Numbered from the whole stretch's first letter, positions 1 through 12,943 are shown. The stretch is 51,670 nucleotides of DNA, filler included, from Sphacelaria rigidula (GCA_964200075.2; 4 parts of 4 records of this genome joined end to end with filler, not necessarily neighbours in it), one strand, 5' to 3'. Numbers and translations: made by a program. The notes: a model not told the origin generated them from the sequence alone.

Positions 1-1143
1 GGAACATTACTCTCGTGGCTCTCAGGCCGGTTTTGGCCCCAAAAGTGCAGACCCTATCGCAGCATCACTCGGTGAGTGCATGAAGTGACGGCTACTGCGC
101 GTGAAACCTGCGTGTGAAGCCTGGGGTAGTCAACAATGATACGATCGCAACCGGGACAGGCATACCACCGCAAGCGTGGGGAATATAAGTCATGAGGTCA
201 TGGGCTCCGACGCGGGGGAAGAGTGGCTGCTCGGTCCGCCCCCGGGTTTGCGGGGATGCGAGGTACGCGTTTGTCGATGACATTTATCGTCATAGGCATT
301 CAAACACAAACGCGCCCAGCAATCTTTGCTATCAATGCTTAGGCACGTCTTACTTCATGCAAGACGCGCCTTCTGCTCGTTGAATATTTCAACGACTCTA
401 TATCACCGCCAACGGCTTCACATGCTTGCTTTCCCACACGCTTCTCCGAATCATATGTTGTCCGGAGCTTGAAGTCCTCCAGTAATCTCTGGGAGGTTGT
501 TCGAAACATCTCCTGCCGCCGGATTGTGGTTCATCAAGTACAGAACATCTTGTAGATAAAACGCTCGATATAAACTCTCCATGATTCGAGATGTATTTTC
601 CCACTAGATGTTATCCTTGAAGTTATCCAAAAAAACCAACAGTTGTGTTCATGGAAGCTGTCTATGACGAACAGCCAGCGACTAAGCGCACCTGAAGTAT
701 TCTGAATCCAATGTGAGAGACTCTCCCGAAGATTATTGGGAACATTACTCTCAGTGATTCATTCGTCAGGCCTGAGTTTCCCTTGCATGGAATGTAGTGC
801 GAGCGATGCCAAGATGTGGGTCGATCGAACGATTACGTCGAGATCCGTTTGTATGCGAAATCATATGGCAGTGCCATATACAAGGTCTTCCTTATTCAGG
901 AAATCGGGATTTGAGAACAATGCCACCGACACTTGCCCTTCCCCTTGCTGCAGTCTCCCAGACGTGTTACTAAACAGAATATGACTAGCGATGTCGCGGT
1001 AATTAGTTCGCCCAACACTCGAATTTGTGCCATTTGCTGTGTCCAGGGCGAGCAGACGTCATTGCCTTTATTTATTTATCTAGTGCGCTTTATTTTTCAC
1101 AGCTACTTCTGGATCAAACATGTAAATTTTGTTGCGAGTTTAC

Positions 1144-4100
1144 CTGCCGATACATGCCACTGAAGCCGGTGTAGAAGGGCATGAGACGATCGTCCTCGTT
1201 GTCCTGATAGCATCCCAACTCTTCCCACCCGGTATCTGAGGTGCCACCCGGCAAAAAGAAACAGCACACCGCACTTCACGATGGGCATTTACTGGGAGAA
1301 AATAGCAGACGACATCGATCCGTACAGCATGATCCTGAATACCGCCAGCTTTAAAATTTCGAAGGATCCCAGTTTTGTGGGTCAACTTGATTATTTCTAT
1401 GCCTCCATGCTTCTAGATCTCGCGTTTGCAATGACGCGCAAGCTCAAGAGGGTCGATAGCCACGGGCTCTAGCGAGCTGCATGGAGCTTTCGCACTGACA
1501 TCCTCTTAGCTCGGATGCATGAACACTTACAAGACGCCGCTTCGGGACTGTTGGTCGGCGGGGGCAGGATATGTAGTGGCGACGGGGTGACAATCAATTC
1601 GTCCTGGACAACGACACCAGATCGGGGCAGGGGGGGGAGGGACGTAGGGATAGCAAGTGACGACGCAAGTGGAGTACGATTGTGATAAGGATGCATGTGC
1701 GCCCGCGCGCACTCGTTTGTTTGAGCCGTACGCGCCTCGTACGAAGGAAATAAATTCAGTCGCTTTGAACTGTTGCTGCAAGCAGAAACATCCATTCAAA
1801 TGCCCATGGTATTGACATAGCGCACAGATTCATGCCGTTGACAACGTTTCCACACAGATGGAAACCCACCACGAGTGTGTGAGGTCGTGTAACATACTCA
1901 TGGCTCCACATTTTCGTTCAACTACCCCCCTTCCTTCCCCCTCCCCACAATGTCGTAGGATCACCCTGACGATGAAACAAAAACACAAGATTGCATAGAA
2001 GAAACAAGAGCCTCTATCCATCACCCCACGAAGGGTAAAAGCCTACATTTGAACGTATAGTGTCTTGCCCCAAACAGGCCTGCATTTGACTTCTTGACAA
2101 ACACGAATTTGCTGTTGGATCCAGTTTGCAAAGGAAACTCTTGAGCCTAAGGAGAAGTTCAAGCAGCTTGTCTTCTCTGTGCGTATCACCCTTTAGTGCA
2201 ACTGATGGACGGCATTACTTGTTCTGTAAGAGCCGCTGGCGAGCGCAGATTTGCAATGGGCATGCAAACTTGCACTGCTTGTACCCTGGTTCCTTGAAAT
2301 GGCCTTACGGAAGTACTGCAGTGTGCTTTATTGCGGGTGATGATTCGTCACTATCGATTTCGAGAGCTTATATGAACAGCTGAACATATTTCCACCCCGA
2401 GACATACTGCACGTGCCAAATGTTTTTCACGCCGTAAGTCGAGTGAAACTCCACATGGGTGGTCACTGGGGTGCCTGCAACCTCAAACTTGAACGTTACA
2501 GACGTTGCACAAGGTCTGTAATGTCCAAATTTGAGGTTACACACATCCCAGTGGCCACCCATGCAGTGAACCAGTGCCACTAGCGTTTGCCAAGATTTCA
2601 TACCCTGGACAATAGAATAGACGGTCAGAAAATGCACTGCGTACAGTATGGGATCTATTGCCTATTGCAATAGACAATATATCCCATACTGTACGCAGTG
2701 CATTTTTTTACCGTTTATTCTATTGTTCAGGGTATGCAAGACTTCGCAACGGCGATGTCTCTCCTTTTACACCGTGAAACATCAGCTACTTGAGAGATCA
2801 TATTCACCCAAGAAGAAACTACACGGTACCTTCGCAAGTTACTTGCAATCAGCCGTAGCTAAGCGGAACACAACCACTATGTCAGGATCGTACCCGTCAA
2901 TTGTCAGAAGTACAAAGTTTTTCTTCAATTTTTTCGTCAAACTATCCAAGGATATACCGGTACACGCCTGCGGTTGCCCGAAACCACTGCACTCAACGCC
3001 TAACGAGAAAATTACCACGAGAGGCACGGACGTCCTGTACACGGCCAGCTGCCAGTCTCCACCGCACTGCTCAAGGGAGTTCCCGCCACAGGGACGCTCC
3101 TCACATGAGTCGTCGATCAGGTTCCCCGTGCGGGAGTATATGACCTCGCCGTGCCTGTCATATTCATCGCCACACCAGCACTGGAACCAGCACGGGCGAG
3201 AACCGAATAAACAGAACCAAATACGAACACAAATACTGGATGACAAGTTCCACGTCGTCACTCATTTCAAACAGTAGCGAGTCACCTGATCCCTTCATCG
3301 TCTACTTTTAACGGTTGAAAGCATTTCTGCGACTTGATCAACCTATGTGCTTTTTCTATCCACATAACACCGAAATGTCTGGGGCAACAGAACAAGAGGT
3401 GTTTGCTGGCATATCTGGCTTCAATGAACAACGAACAACGCGGTGTACACTGCCGCGAGTACATAGGGCGCCGCAGATGAGGGAGATACAAGGCCAAGAA
3501 CCGACCGAATACAAACGAAACTACGGAGGACGAATCAGTAGCGCTGCCTACACGAGTCACACGCAAAGGATTCAAATGTGCTGTTTTATACCTGTTGTAA
3601 GCATGTGCTCCTTTATTGTGGGATATGCCGGCGAGAGAAGCGGTAGAGCAATTTTCGAGACGCCGACTCCCTCCTTCTACACAAACACGGAGTTCCAACA
3701 CATGTGGCAAAGTCTGCACGGTATTCTGGTGTACATCGTACATACCTCTACGCCATATTCCAGGCCGTAGTACTCTGTCCCAGCTTCTTCGCAGCGTTCT
3801 TGACACATCTAGTCGCACGAAACAAGTAGGAGAGGGCAGGGGTGGAGCGCGGATTCCACGCTGGGAGTGCGTTCAGTGCAGGCAAAAGCACGCGTTTCGT
3901 CTTTAGAATATGTTTTGAATCGCCACGGTTCAACACACTCTTGAAATTCACCCCCGGTAAAGTGCTCTGTACTATTGTGCGTGTTACCCCCCAGACCTAA
4001 ATTCCCCCGTGATGTCCTGGGAGATGTCGAGGCGCCCTTAGAGGTTTCACTGAGACGCCGTGTCGAGATTTCAGGCCCTGCGGACGCGCTGACGGCACAG

Positions 4101-6187
4101 AAGGCAGTAGGGGCACAACCCCCACCATCGTCCTCGAAATATCCCTCCGGGGCCTATGTATCGAATTTTCCCAACGTCGCAGGGAGAGTTTAATCTCGTC
4201 GGGACGTCCCGATCATACCTCCTACCCGATATTTTGGGAGGCCCTTCCTGGAGTTGGAGATACCGTCGGAACGTTCCCCTATCTGATACGTAACCGTCAC
4301 GTGAATATATCTGTTTCTCAGGATGATAGGGGCACCCACCACCAAGCTATAACGCCTTGAGCGTCCAGCTTCTCATTTGCCTACACCTGCATCAGTTTTT
4401 ATGTTGAGGTGAAAGTCGATCCTACTTACTGTCCCACTTTTTTTCCGTCACCCGAGGATTTCATGTCACCGGTGGAACGGCTTGCGGCGGTGGAGTAGCA
4501 TCTACCGTGTGGTGCTGACATCTTCACCGAGAGTTGTACCCGAAGGTACAAAAGTAGTAACACCGTATGATACTTAGTGTCTCTCTTTTGTAGCAATTGC
4601 GCATAGTCATCTCATCGCGGTGAAAGTTATACTCGCAAGAATAGCTTGCTTCCGTATTCCTTGCCGCCCCATATCGGACTGGCAAACGGTTCCCTGGAGA
4701 AGCGTCAACTATGCGCGTATATACGGCATCGAGAAAGTATCCATGCATCCCATGCAGTTCCACAGGGTACGCTTTGGTAGAATACCGAGATACACGGCGG
4801 TCCGATGCACTCAAGGGGGAGCATTTGACAAAACTGAGATTGTTGCGTTCTCACCGCCCTGGTCAGGTCGACGGAAGTGTACTTGGGCGTAGCATCCATC
4901 GCGCGAGGCAAGGCATCGTTGAAACACCCCACTCGCGGGTTCACGCCTTCGAAGAGTTTCATCTCGTACACGTTCATCTTGTTGCGCCTGTACCAGCACA
5001 AGTCAACGATAGAGCAGCGAAACAATTGCGCCGTGAATGTCCCCTGAAGGGAGCAGAGACAACTGTATCTGTACCAGCAGGACGAAGTGTGCACAAGTGT
5101 TGACCGTTTCAACAGTTCCAAGTAAGGCGAAACGGCAGCGATAGCAACAACACTACCGATTGCATACTTCGATAGTTCAGCAGCTTTCCTTTGTCCGAGT
5201 AAAACAAGCTGCAAGCGAAGAGGTAGGTCATGTGCCCCGACCTATGGCAACCCGAGTTCACCATTCCACGCGGGAGCAGATCCTGTCCAACCGTGTGCGT
5301 GACCTCGCGGAAGGTCGAGTGGTATGCATCTCCATTAGGGTATGAGATAACGACGTGGACGAGTGAATGTTTCGTTCAACGCTCAAGACGCTACACGGAT
5401 AGCACCGAAAATATGCAATGCCGTTCTACAGAACAAGGACGATAAAAATCCGCACGAATACGTTGGAAGCAACCGACGCCAAGAGTCATCTGCCCGTGTT
5501 CTCTGTCGATTGAGTCGCTGATAATATCCCCGGTGGCGTTATACTTGCAGGGCGAAGAGGTGTAGCAACGCGTTTTGTTCAAAACATGAGCTAGTCGCCT
5601 ACATCCACAGCAATACTCCCTAGCTCATGTCAGAGAAGGCGGCGTCTTTGCTCTCATAATTCTCCCTTTGACCAAGTGATAATAATTATTCTGATTCGTT
5701 CTAGAGACGTATGAGGCGGTAGTAATAAAGATGGGCACCCCACACACCGTACTCTGAAAAATCCTCGCACCTTTGGTCAGATACGGCGCGTCATTACGTA
5801 CGAAATGTTGGGTGCTTGGAAGCTGTCGTGAACATTGTAGAATGGCTACTTCTACAATGTATTGGTGCGTCTGGGGCTTACATCCCTTGACACGTTGTTC
5901 TCACTCTTTTTACAAAAGAAAGTTCCCAGGTACATGGATTGCCAGCACTCTGTTTGTGCGTAGGGCAGAATCTATAGCCGCCGGGTTTGAGCAGGACAGA
6001 TCTCAAGCACCACTCCGTATCTGTACGCGGCACAGTAGTACAATAGTGCAGTAGTGCTGTATGGTGCAAAATGTTCTCACCCGCCACATGTCTGGGAAGG
6101 GGTGGCGCACTCCATGTCGCATTCATACGTCGCCAACTTGGAATCTTCGAAAGCCTCGTGCTCGTCGACGTCGACACCGCACCAGCA
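1144..6187 (-). CDS. Multi-WSC-domain (carbohydrate-binding) protein, partial; exons 6081-6187, 4855-4987, 3746-3808, 3016-3180, 1531-1603, 1144-1235
   Basis: All six exons have AG acceptors and GT donors with compatible phases. They splice to CWCGVDVDEHEAFEDSKLATYECDMECATPSQTCGG-RNKMNVYEMKLFEGVNPRVGCFNDALPRAMDATPKYTSVDLTRA-MCQERCEEAGTEYYGLEYGVE-CWCGDEYDRHG...SCEERPCGGNSLEQCGGDWQLAVYRTSVPLV-DELIVTPSPLHILPPPTNSPEAAS-YTGWEELGCYQDNEDDRLM. This matches the WSC pattern (GCFxD..R..T..C...C..yyGleyG.ECWCG..C..C.G...CGG...VY): one complete domain plus halves of two more. Start and stop codons not located. Confidence 0.9.
2454..2563. other. 110-nt imperfect fold-back hairpin in a WSC intron (pre-miRNA-like or MITE relic)
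   Basis: Left arm CATGGGTGGTCACTGGGGTGCCTGCAACCTCAAACTTGAACGTTACAGAC is complementary to right arm GTCTGTAATGTCCAAATTTGAGGTTACACACATCCCAGTGGCCACCCATG; most mismatches are transitions. Confidence 0.75.
2599..2736. mobile_element. Palindromic MITE-like element (CAYACCCTGGACAATA termini)
   Basis: Almost fully palindromic: CATACCCTGGACAATAG...CTATTGTTCAGGGTATG. Termini are related to those of 31155-31310. Confidence 0.75.
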
Positions 6188-7866
6188 CTGTCAACGTACC
6201 AAAACGTCCAGGCGAGACCACGGGCACAGAAGAATTGTTGCCTGGATGCAATATCATACTACAGCAGCGCTCGAAAACGCCTGAGGGTGGGGCGCTAGGC
6301 GATGGTGTTGGGAAACCGAATGGGATGATTTCATCGCGCGGTCAGAGATTTCGTGGCAGTACACGATCGCCCACGTAGCGTGGATCTGACGTGATAGGCT
6401 GCATTGGATGGAGGCGGCACAGGCGTCATTCACAACGACCGCGCGCTTCGCTTCTTCACTTATTCATATCCGCTTGATCCATACATCAACCATCAATTTA
6501 CGACACGAGCGCAGAACAGTAAAGGCCAACTCCAAATTTAACGCAGCGGGAATCTCAGATGCGAACACTCCCCCTAAATTATGTTCGTGTGCGATATCCC
6601 CACACCCTCACGAGGGTAGATGACACACACGTGAACCGAGCTACGGCGTTGAGCGCTATGTCAAATCGGGCGATCACCCGCGGTAGCGCGACAACGACAT
6701 TTTGCAACCATTTGGTAGTTCCCTTTGGGCGCAAACATATATATCTATCGCGCATTCGGTGCATTATCTGCATCACGTGGTGTCGGCGGGCGCTCGCGGG
6801 TTGAGAGTTGTGTGGACAATACTCGTGTGTTAGCTGGCACTTCTCGTCATATCAAACCTTTTCCCCGAAGTGTGACGATTCTCCTTTTCTGTTTTCTCTC
6901 AAGCATATAACTTGGTGTGGAACGGAGAAGTATACTACGTTTAAAACATTTTCAAGAAACACTTGCCGGGTACCCTTCTAAGTGCTGCATAACCGATTAT
7001 TCGGCGAAGATGTCACTCATCTCTTCTTCAGGCCATCTATTCCGTACCTTATGCGCGTACTGTCGGTCAGGAGGGTACAGATTCGTAGTATAGCATCGGA
7101 AGTATGACTTATGTCATTGTCCCACCATACCTTATGCGCTACGAATCCAGTCGTGGTCGCACGATAGACAGATACAAGGGACACGGAAGAAAACACCCCT
7201 GAGAGAGAGGTCGAGTACCCAACGTTCGCAAAGATTGGAGCGAAAATACAAATCCCGAGGAACGTACGAAGCGAAGCTGAAAGCAATGCTGGACTAAGAT
7301 CGATCGGCCCGGAGAACAAATGTCCACCAGGTGCCTGACAGACTCCCAGTCTTGGATTGTAAAGGAAGCCAAGCCATGGGGAACTAGGTTTTGGCTCGAT
7401 CAGATATTGGTAAACCGTATGGTCAAGAAGAAAATTTCAACCATGAAGATCTGGGCAAATAATATACAAATATCCGAAGGGGCACGCGGGAACAACCGGG
7501 GCGGGAGGGGCAGGGTGTAGACGCACATTTGGTTAACCTCAGTCGAGTTTGCTTCGGTCGAAAAAAAACAAAAGCTCGGTCTGAAAGAATGAACAAGCAT
7601 TGCAAGAGAATCATCTCGAAACAAATACTCCACGAGCAGTACCATACCTCATACAACACACAAGAAAAAATGTGGTTTATCCAAACATAAATATCAAGTG
7701 GAATCTCAAAGTTAAAATCAAGGTAAACTTCGTATGGTTAGCTTCTGCGGAGAACCCAAGCAGCGCCAGAACCACGTAACATTACTTCTTGAAATCCTCA
7801 ATCAGTTGCCTCCTTCGCGGTAACTGCCCCAATATCAACTGATGTTAATTTTCAAATAGATCCACC

Positions 7867-8213
7867 TGTCGGGAATACATCTTTGCAGTGACATATCAGA
7901 GACTAAGACCACACGTGTATGAAGAGCCAGAGCAAGCAGGCACAAGTAGGAATGGTCCGAATGGACCAGATTCCGAGGACCCTGTAATGCCGACGTAACT
8001 AGACAACTCGGGGTGATGCCAGGAAGAGCCTAATATAGGATTGTCCAACATCCCCGAGGCCCTGGTCGTCTATGGCGACCACTTGTCGTCTGACCCTCTT
8101 CTTGCCTACACATACAAGAGGAAATCATCGCCAGCCTCGGAGTTCCTTCGGCATCAGGACGGCAGTCTCCCCCTGTAGGTCTCTGACTACTCTAGCGATA
8201 CACCTTCCTTACA
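7867..8213 (+). repeat. Gypsy 5' LTR
   Basis: TG...CA ends; direct repeat of 12647-12843; followed by a TGG-initiated PBS. Confidence 0.8.
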
Positions 8214-10169
8214 TTGGTGACACTAGAACAGAACTCAGGCAAGACAGGCTTTAGAAATGAAAAACTAGAACAATAACCGACTGCTCCCCGACACCGGAAG
8301 CACTAGGGTCCTCCAAGGAACGCTACTCCAAGTGAAACGTATGGGTTATTATGTGCATATTTTATTCGAGTTGAGAGATTATTGGAGTCATGTGTTCAGG
8401 TCAACGCAAGATTAGCCCCTTCAGTGTGCATTCATATGTCATCAGCATAACTAATCAAATAGCAGAGCGCGAAGGTAGACTCCTCAAGGTGCAGTATATG
8501 CCACCTATGTGGCTAGTCAAACAGCGAAAACGCGAAATTAGTTCCATCAGAGTGCATAGGATGTCACCAAGACGGTTAACAAACAGCGAAGCCACACGTG
8601 TCAACCAACCTTGAACCAGCACAGTGCTAGAGGCACGGCAATTAATCAAGCAGGCCGACCTCTGGAAACGTGGAGACTCGAAATAGGACTAACAAAAACT
8701 TTACTCAACCTGCGAATGCACGACCTTGTCATTCCCTACCATTTAGCAAACGAAAGAAAGGGGGGTGTATTGGATGGTCTCACAGCATCCCAGCTCGCAA
8801 GCTGAGAGGAGTTGTAACCTACGAGCAGTTCGATATTCCACACCTCAGTACGCATGAAATGGAGAAAAGTTTCAACCGTCAGGTGAAAAACAAATCGGAG
8901 AGAAACAGGTTTCGTAGTCAGTACAATAACTCACTCCTCCAGAAGGGCACCAAAATAGCCCTCAGATGTGGTGTGAAAATACGTACTAAGAGCAGAAGCT
9001 GGAAAGAGCACGATGAGAGTTGGCCCCTAAGCAGCCTTCAGAGCAGCTGTGGAAAAAACAATACACCACACGAAGGACCATCATGAAACAATGTACCACA
9101 ACTTGTTGAAGCTCTCAAGTGTGTTACATTCTGCGCCGTACCCCAAGGGATCGGTAACGTTACATCCCGTTGTAAGCAGGGGCTGTTGATTCCGAATCGA
9201 AACACCAGTCTCCCCTTTGCAACCCGATCTTAGACGATCACTGTTATGGCTCGTAACAACGCATCATAACCCGCCAGGTATACAGAAGCGCCCATAGGGC
9301 TATCCTGTGCACCAGCCCGCCTTAGAGTCGCAGCCAGAGTAAACGGTACCCTCGCTGGAAATAAACACAATCAATTCCGCAGCAGATGTACCGTATAACA
9401 GCAAACGTTCATAGATGAACAACAGGCCACCATGACTGCCGATGATACAGAACCAGTACGGCCAGGTCTCCTCGATTTCAGAAACGCGGATGGCTCTCCC
9501 ATAAAAAAAATCCGAGGGTTCCGGCATAAAATGGCAGTACTAGTTGGAAAGGAAAAAAATATCGGTCAACTACCGAGTGGTAAAAGTTACCTCACAACAG
9601 CTGTCGTGGAGCCGCACATATTAACCGATGAAGACACTTGATCGCCTTATGTACCTCAAGCATTCACGCGCGTCATTGCTTCAAGAACAGCATGCATGTA
9701 GTCGACGGATAAAACGGAAATGGTACAAACAGCCAACCCGTTGGGCCGACATGTAAACCCGGTAAAACTTCATGATAATGACAAGAGACAAAAACCGGAG
9801 AAACTTCATGTTATACCGCACATCCTCTCACGACTGTTTGCGCTACTACAACTAAGTGGTAACGTGCCAAAAGACCATGCGTTGCAAACAGCCGAACCAC
9901 ATATCACCGTCAAATGTCAGCTGAGAAGCTCGACCGTTTGAATCTAGTGCGAAGTGACCGAGAGCGGTCATTCAACCGCAAAACAAGAAACTTCAAAAAG
10001 AGCGAAGACGGGAATGCCACACTATGTCACGATTACCAACGCCGGGAAAACGGTCCACAAGCGGCCAAAACTCGCCGATGGGACACGTTACGGTAAGACG
10101 GCTATACGAGAGAGCGCCAGCAAACCCAGTCAAATGAAAAACAACTTCGATGTCAAAAGCTGGAGTGCC

Positions 10170-10980
10170 AAAGATGTACTGTCCGTATTGGATCACCTCA
10201 CAAGGTATGCATTGCTCATTCCGGCGCCAAAAAAAACAGACCACATCAATATAGCCAAAACGATAATTGCCAAAAGTCTCTACGGTATTTGGCATCCCGG
10301 GAAAGCTGCGTTCGAATTAAAGAGCGGGATTTTAGAACAAATTAACATACGCACTGCAACAAGAGTTAGGTTTCAATAAAACTCGCACGACACTGCCACG
10401 CCCGCAAGGTAATTCAGTGTCGGAACGAGCTCACTCCACTATCGCGTGATGTTAGCTATGCATATGTCGGTCGGGAACAAAAACTGGGCATCCATGCTTC
10501 CATTCGTCCAAATGGCGTACAACACTTCTTATAATAATACAGTACAATAAACACCGTGGTTTTTGTTGTTCGGAAGACAGTCCAGATGGCCAACTGACGT
10601 TATTTTCGGCATACCTGAAAAGAGCCAAGCGGCAAAACCCGAAGAATTTTCCAAAGAAACACGGGGAAACCTACAGTTTGGATTTGAAATCGCGAGACAA
10701 GCCCTACGAGAAGAGCCAACCCGCAAGAAAACAAGATGATTCAAATCTTTCACGGTGTTCAAGCAGTCAAAAGGTACTCTTGTACCCACCACACCAGGAC
10801 TCAAGAAGGTCGAGCCTGAAACTCCAATTTACATGGAGAGAACCTTTCATGGTAACCGAGAGACGATCGCCGGTTGCGTACGTGATCAAAATAGGCGACG
10901 ACTCTAGAGAAACGTCAGTACATCTCGCTCATATGAAGAAATATCAACCGCGAGAAACAGCGCCGGCACCGGACTTTGTC
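10170..10980 (+). pseudogene. Gypsy integrase core and GPY/F region, frameshifted
   Basis: VLDHLTRYALLIP...PQGNSVSERAHSTI...NWASMLPFVQMAYNTSYN..TPWFLLFGR and KLQFTWREPFMV..RSPVAYVI..VHLAHMKKY, spread over several frames with stops. Confidence 0.88.
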
Positions 10981-11543
10981 AAAGGGTTAGCTGAATGCTC
11001 ACATCCGGAGTCGAAACAAGAAAAATACCGGGTAACGGAAATGGATGTGACTGTTTAACAGACTGTTTGAGCGTGTTAGCAAAACGCTCAAAGGTTGAGC
11101 AGCAACCTGAGATCAAAATTCGGAGATTAATGAGACTCGAAAGCTACAACTCAACAGTTGACCTAAGCTATCGAGCTGACGAAACAACACAAAGTAGACA
11201 CCTCCTCGATATATACCGTCATGACAACGGGTTAGCAAAGCGCTCACATCCGGAGTCGTAATCCAAAAAATACCGGGTGACGGAAACGGATATGATTGTT
11301 CAACAGACTGTTCGAGCGCCCTAGCGAAGCGCTCAAGGGTTGAGCAGTAGCCTGGGGTCAAAATTCGGAGATCAAGGAGAGTCACAAGAGAAAAAAACAA
11401 AATGACGTTAGAACGATGCAGACATGAACGGAAAAATATCCGACATATCAACGGTGACTGGGGAAACTTCTCAAGGAAGATAACCTCTCAGCAATCGGGG
11501 TAGTGTTGATCATTTTGACGATGTTTAGAAAAAAAAAAAAAAT

Positions 11544-12360
11544 CACAATGCTCACAGGCTGAAAACATCGTATCCACCGCTTCGTTACTGACACGAGGAC
11601 GTTGTACTATTTCGGTGTCAGTGGAACCGAAGGTATCCCAGAACCCGGACATAAAAAAACAACAGGCGCCCATGGACTGATCAGTGTCCCAGTGCCCAGG
11701 CATGTAGAAACAGCAGATGCATCCAGCACCAAAGTGCAACGCATCTTGTGGAAATAGATCACATGAGACAAACTTATATGTTATAAAATGATACGAAGCG
11801 AAGAACATGTCGATGTTTCACCAATGAGCACAATGCTCGCAAGATAAACAAGCATCAGACCCACCGCTTTGGCACTAACGCGAGGACTTCGTCCTATACT
11901 CCGATGTTGGTGGAACCGAAGGCATCCCAGAACCCGGGTAAGAATACCTCAAGCTAGAACCCGGGCAGAAATACCCCAAGCGCCCGTGGACCGGTCCGTG
12001 TCCCAGTGCCTAGTCGGGTATACCTAATTGATGCAGCCGGCACCAAAGGGCAAAAAGCATCCCATCAAAAATGTGTCACTCATGATGCATCTATTTGACA
12101 CAATACAAGAAGCAAAGGTCATTTAGACCGGGTGTGGACAAAAGAGCACAATGCTCACAGGTGAAGAAAAATACATATATGTATCTGCAACACCGCCGTG
12201 TTACTAACCCGAGACTTAATCCTACTCAGGTGTCCGCGGAACCGAAGGCATCCCAGAACCCGGGCAGGAATAACCCAGGCACCCGTGGACCGATCAGTGT
12301 TCCATTGCCCAGTCATGCATACCAGCAGATGCAAGTAGCACCCAAGTGCAAATATATCTG
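11544..12360 (+). repeat. Three diverged ~290-320 bp tandem units in the Gypsy 3' untranslated region
   Basis: CACAATGCTC...GGAACCGAAGGYATCCCAGAACCCGG...GCACC recurs at ~11544, ~11829 and ~12147. Confidence 0.85.
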
Positions 12361-12646
12361 ATGGAAACATGTCGTATATGACAGAAACATATACATATAT
12401 ATATATATATTAGAAGGTTTGGAATACATGCACTGTTACTGACCAAATGTAGCTAAAATTCACTGGGGGTGTTTACTGAATACCACAGGATAGAGAAGGG
12501 CTACATTTGCGATTAGTGGTGGCGTGACTCAATCAATGGTTGTCACTCAAAGAAACCTTCATGATTATATCATCAGCGAAGCTGATGATCGCCTCGTCCC
12601 ACCAGCCATAGCCTCGATGGGCTAGAGGCGCATAAAGGGGGGGAAA

Positions 12647-12843
12647 TGTGGAAGATATCTCTTTGCAGTGACATCCCAGAGACTGATGCCACACATGTAT
12701 TCAGACTCAGCGCAAGCAGGGACAAGATAGGAACGTGCCGGAAGGACCAGATCGCCGAGGACCCTGTAATGCCGACGTAACTAGACAACTCGGGGTGGTG
12801 CCAGGAAGAGCCTAATATAGGACGGTCCAACATCCCCCGAGGC
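12647..12843 (+). repeat. Gypsy 3' LTR (partial)
   Basis: Follows the polypurine tract; homologous to 7867-8060. Confidence 0.8.
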
Positions 12844-12943
12844 NNNNNNNNNNNNNNNNNNNNNNNNNNNNNNNNNNNNNNNNNNNNTTAATTAATTAAN
12901 NNNNNNNNNNNNNNNNNNNNNNNNNNNNNNNNNNNNNNNNNNN
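12844..12943. other. Artificial contig spacer
   Basis: N44-TTAATTAATTAA-N44, with stops in all six frames. Confidence 0.98.

Larger units (their letters stand above)
7867..12843 (+). mobile_element. Degenerate Ty3/Gypsy LTR retrotransposon (3' LTR truncated by contig end)
   Basis: 5' LTR 7867-8213 (TG...CA) followed by PBS-like TGGTGACAC. PPT AAAGGGGGGGAAA immediately precedes 3' LTR start TGTGGAAG at 12647. The two LTRs share GAGGACCCTGTAATGCCGACGTAACTAGACAACTCGGGGT. Integrase remnants lie between them. Confidence 0.88.

Noticed and set aside
7017-7700. Purine-rich stretch before the Gypsy LTR as a second retroelement fragment
   Set aside because: No diagnostic domain motif could be read.
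12888-12899. TTAATTAATTAA motif (also at 25831 and 38773) as a biological site
   Set aside because: It is centred in N runs of fixed length, so it is an assembly linker.
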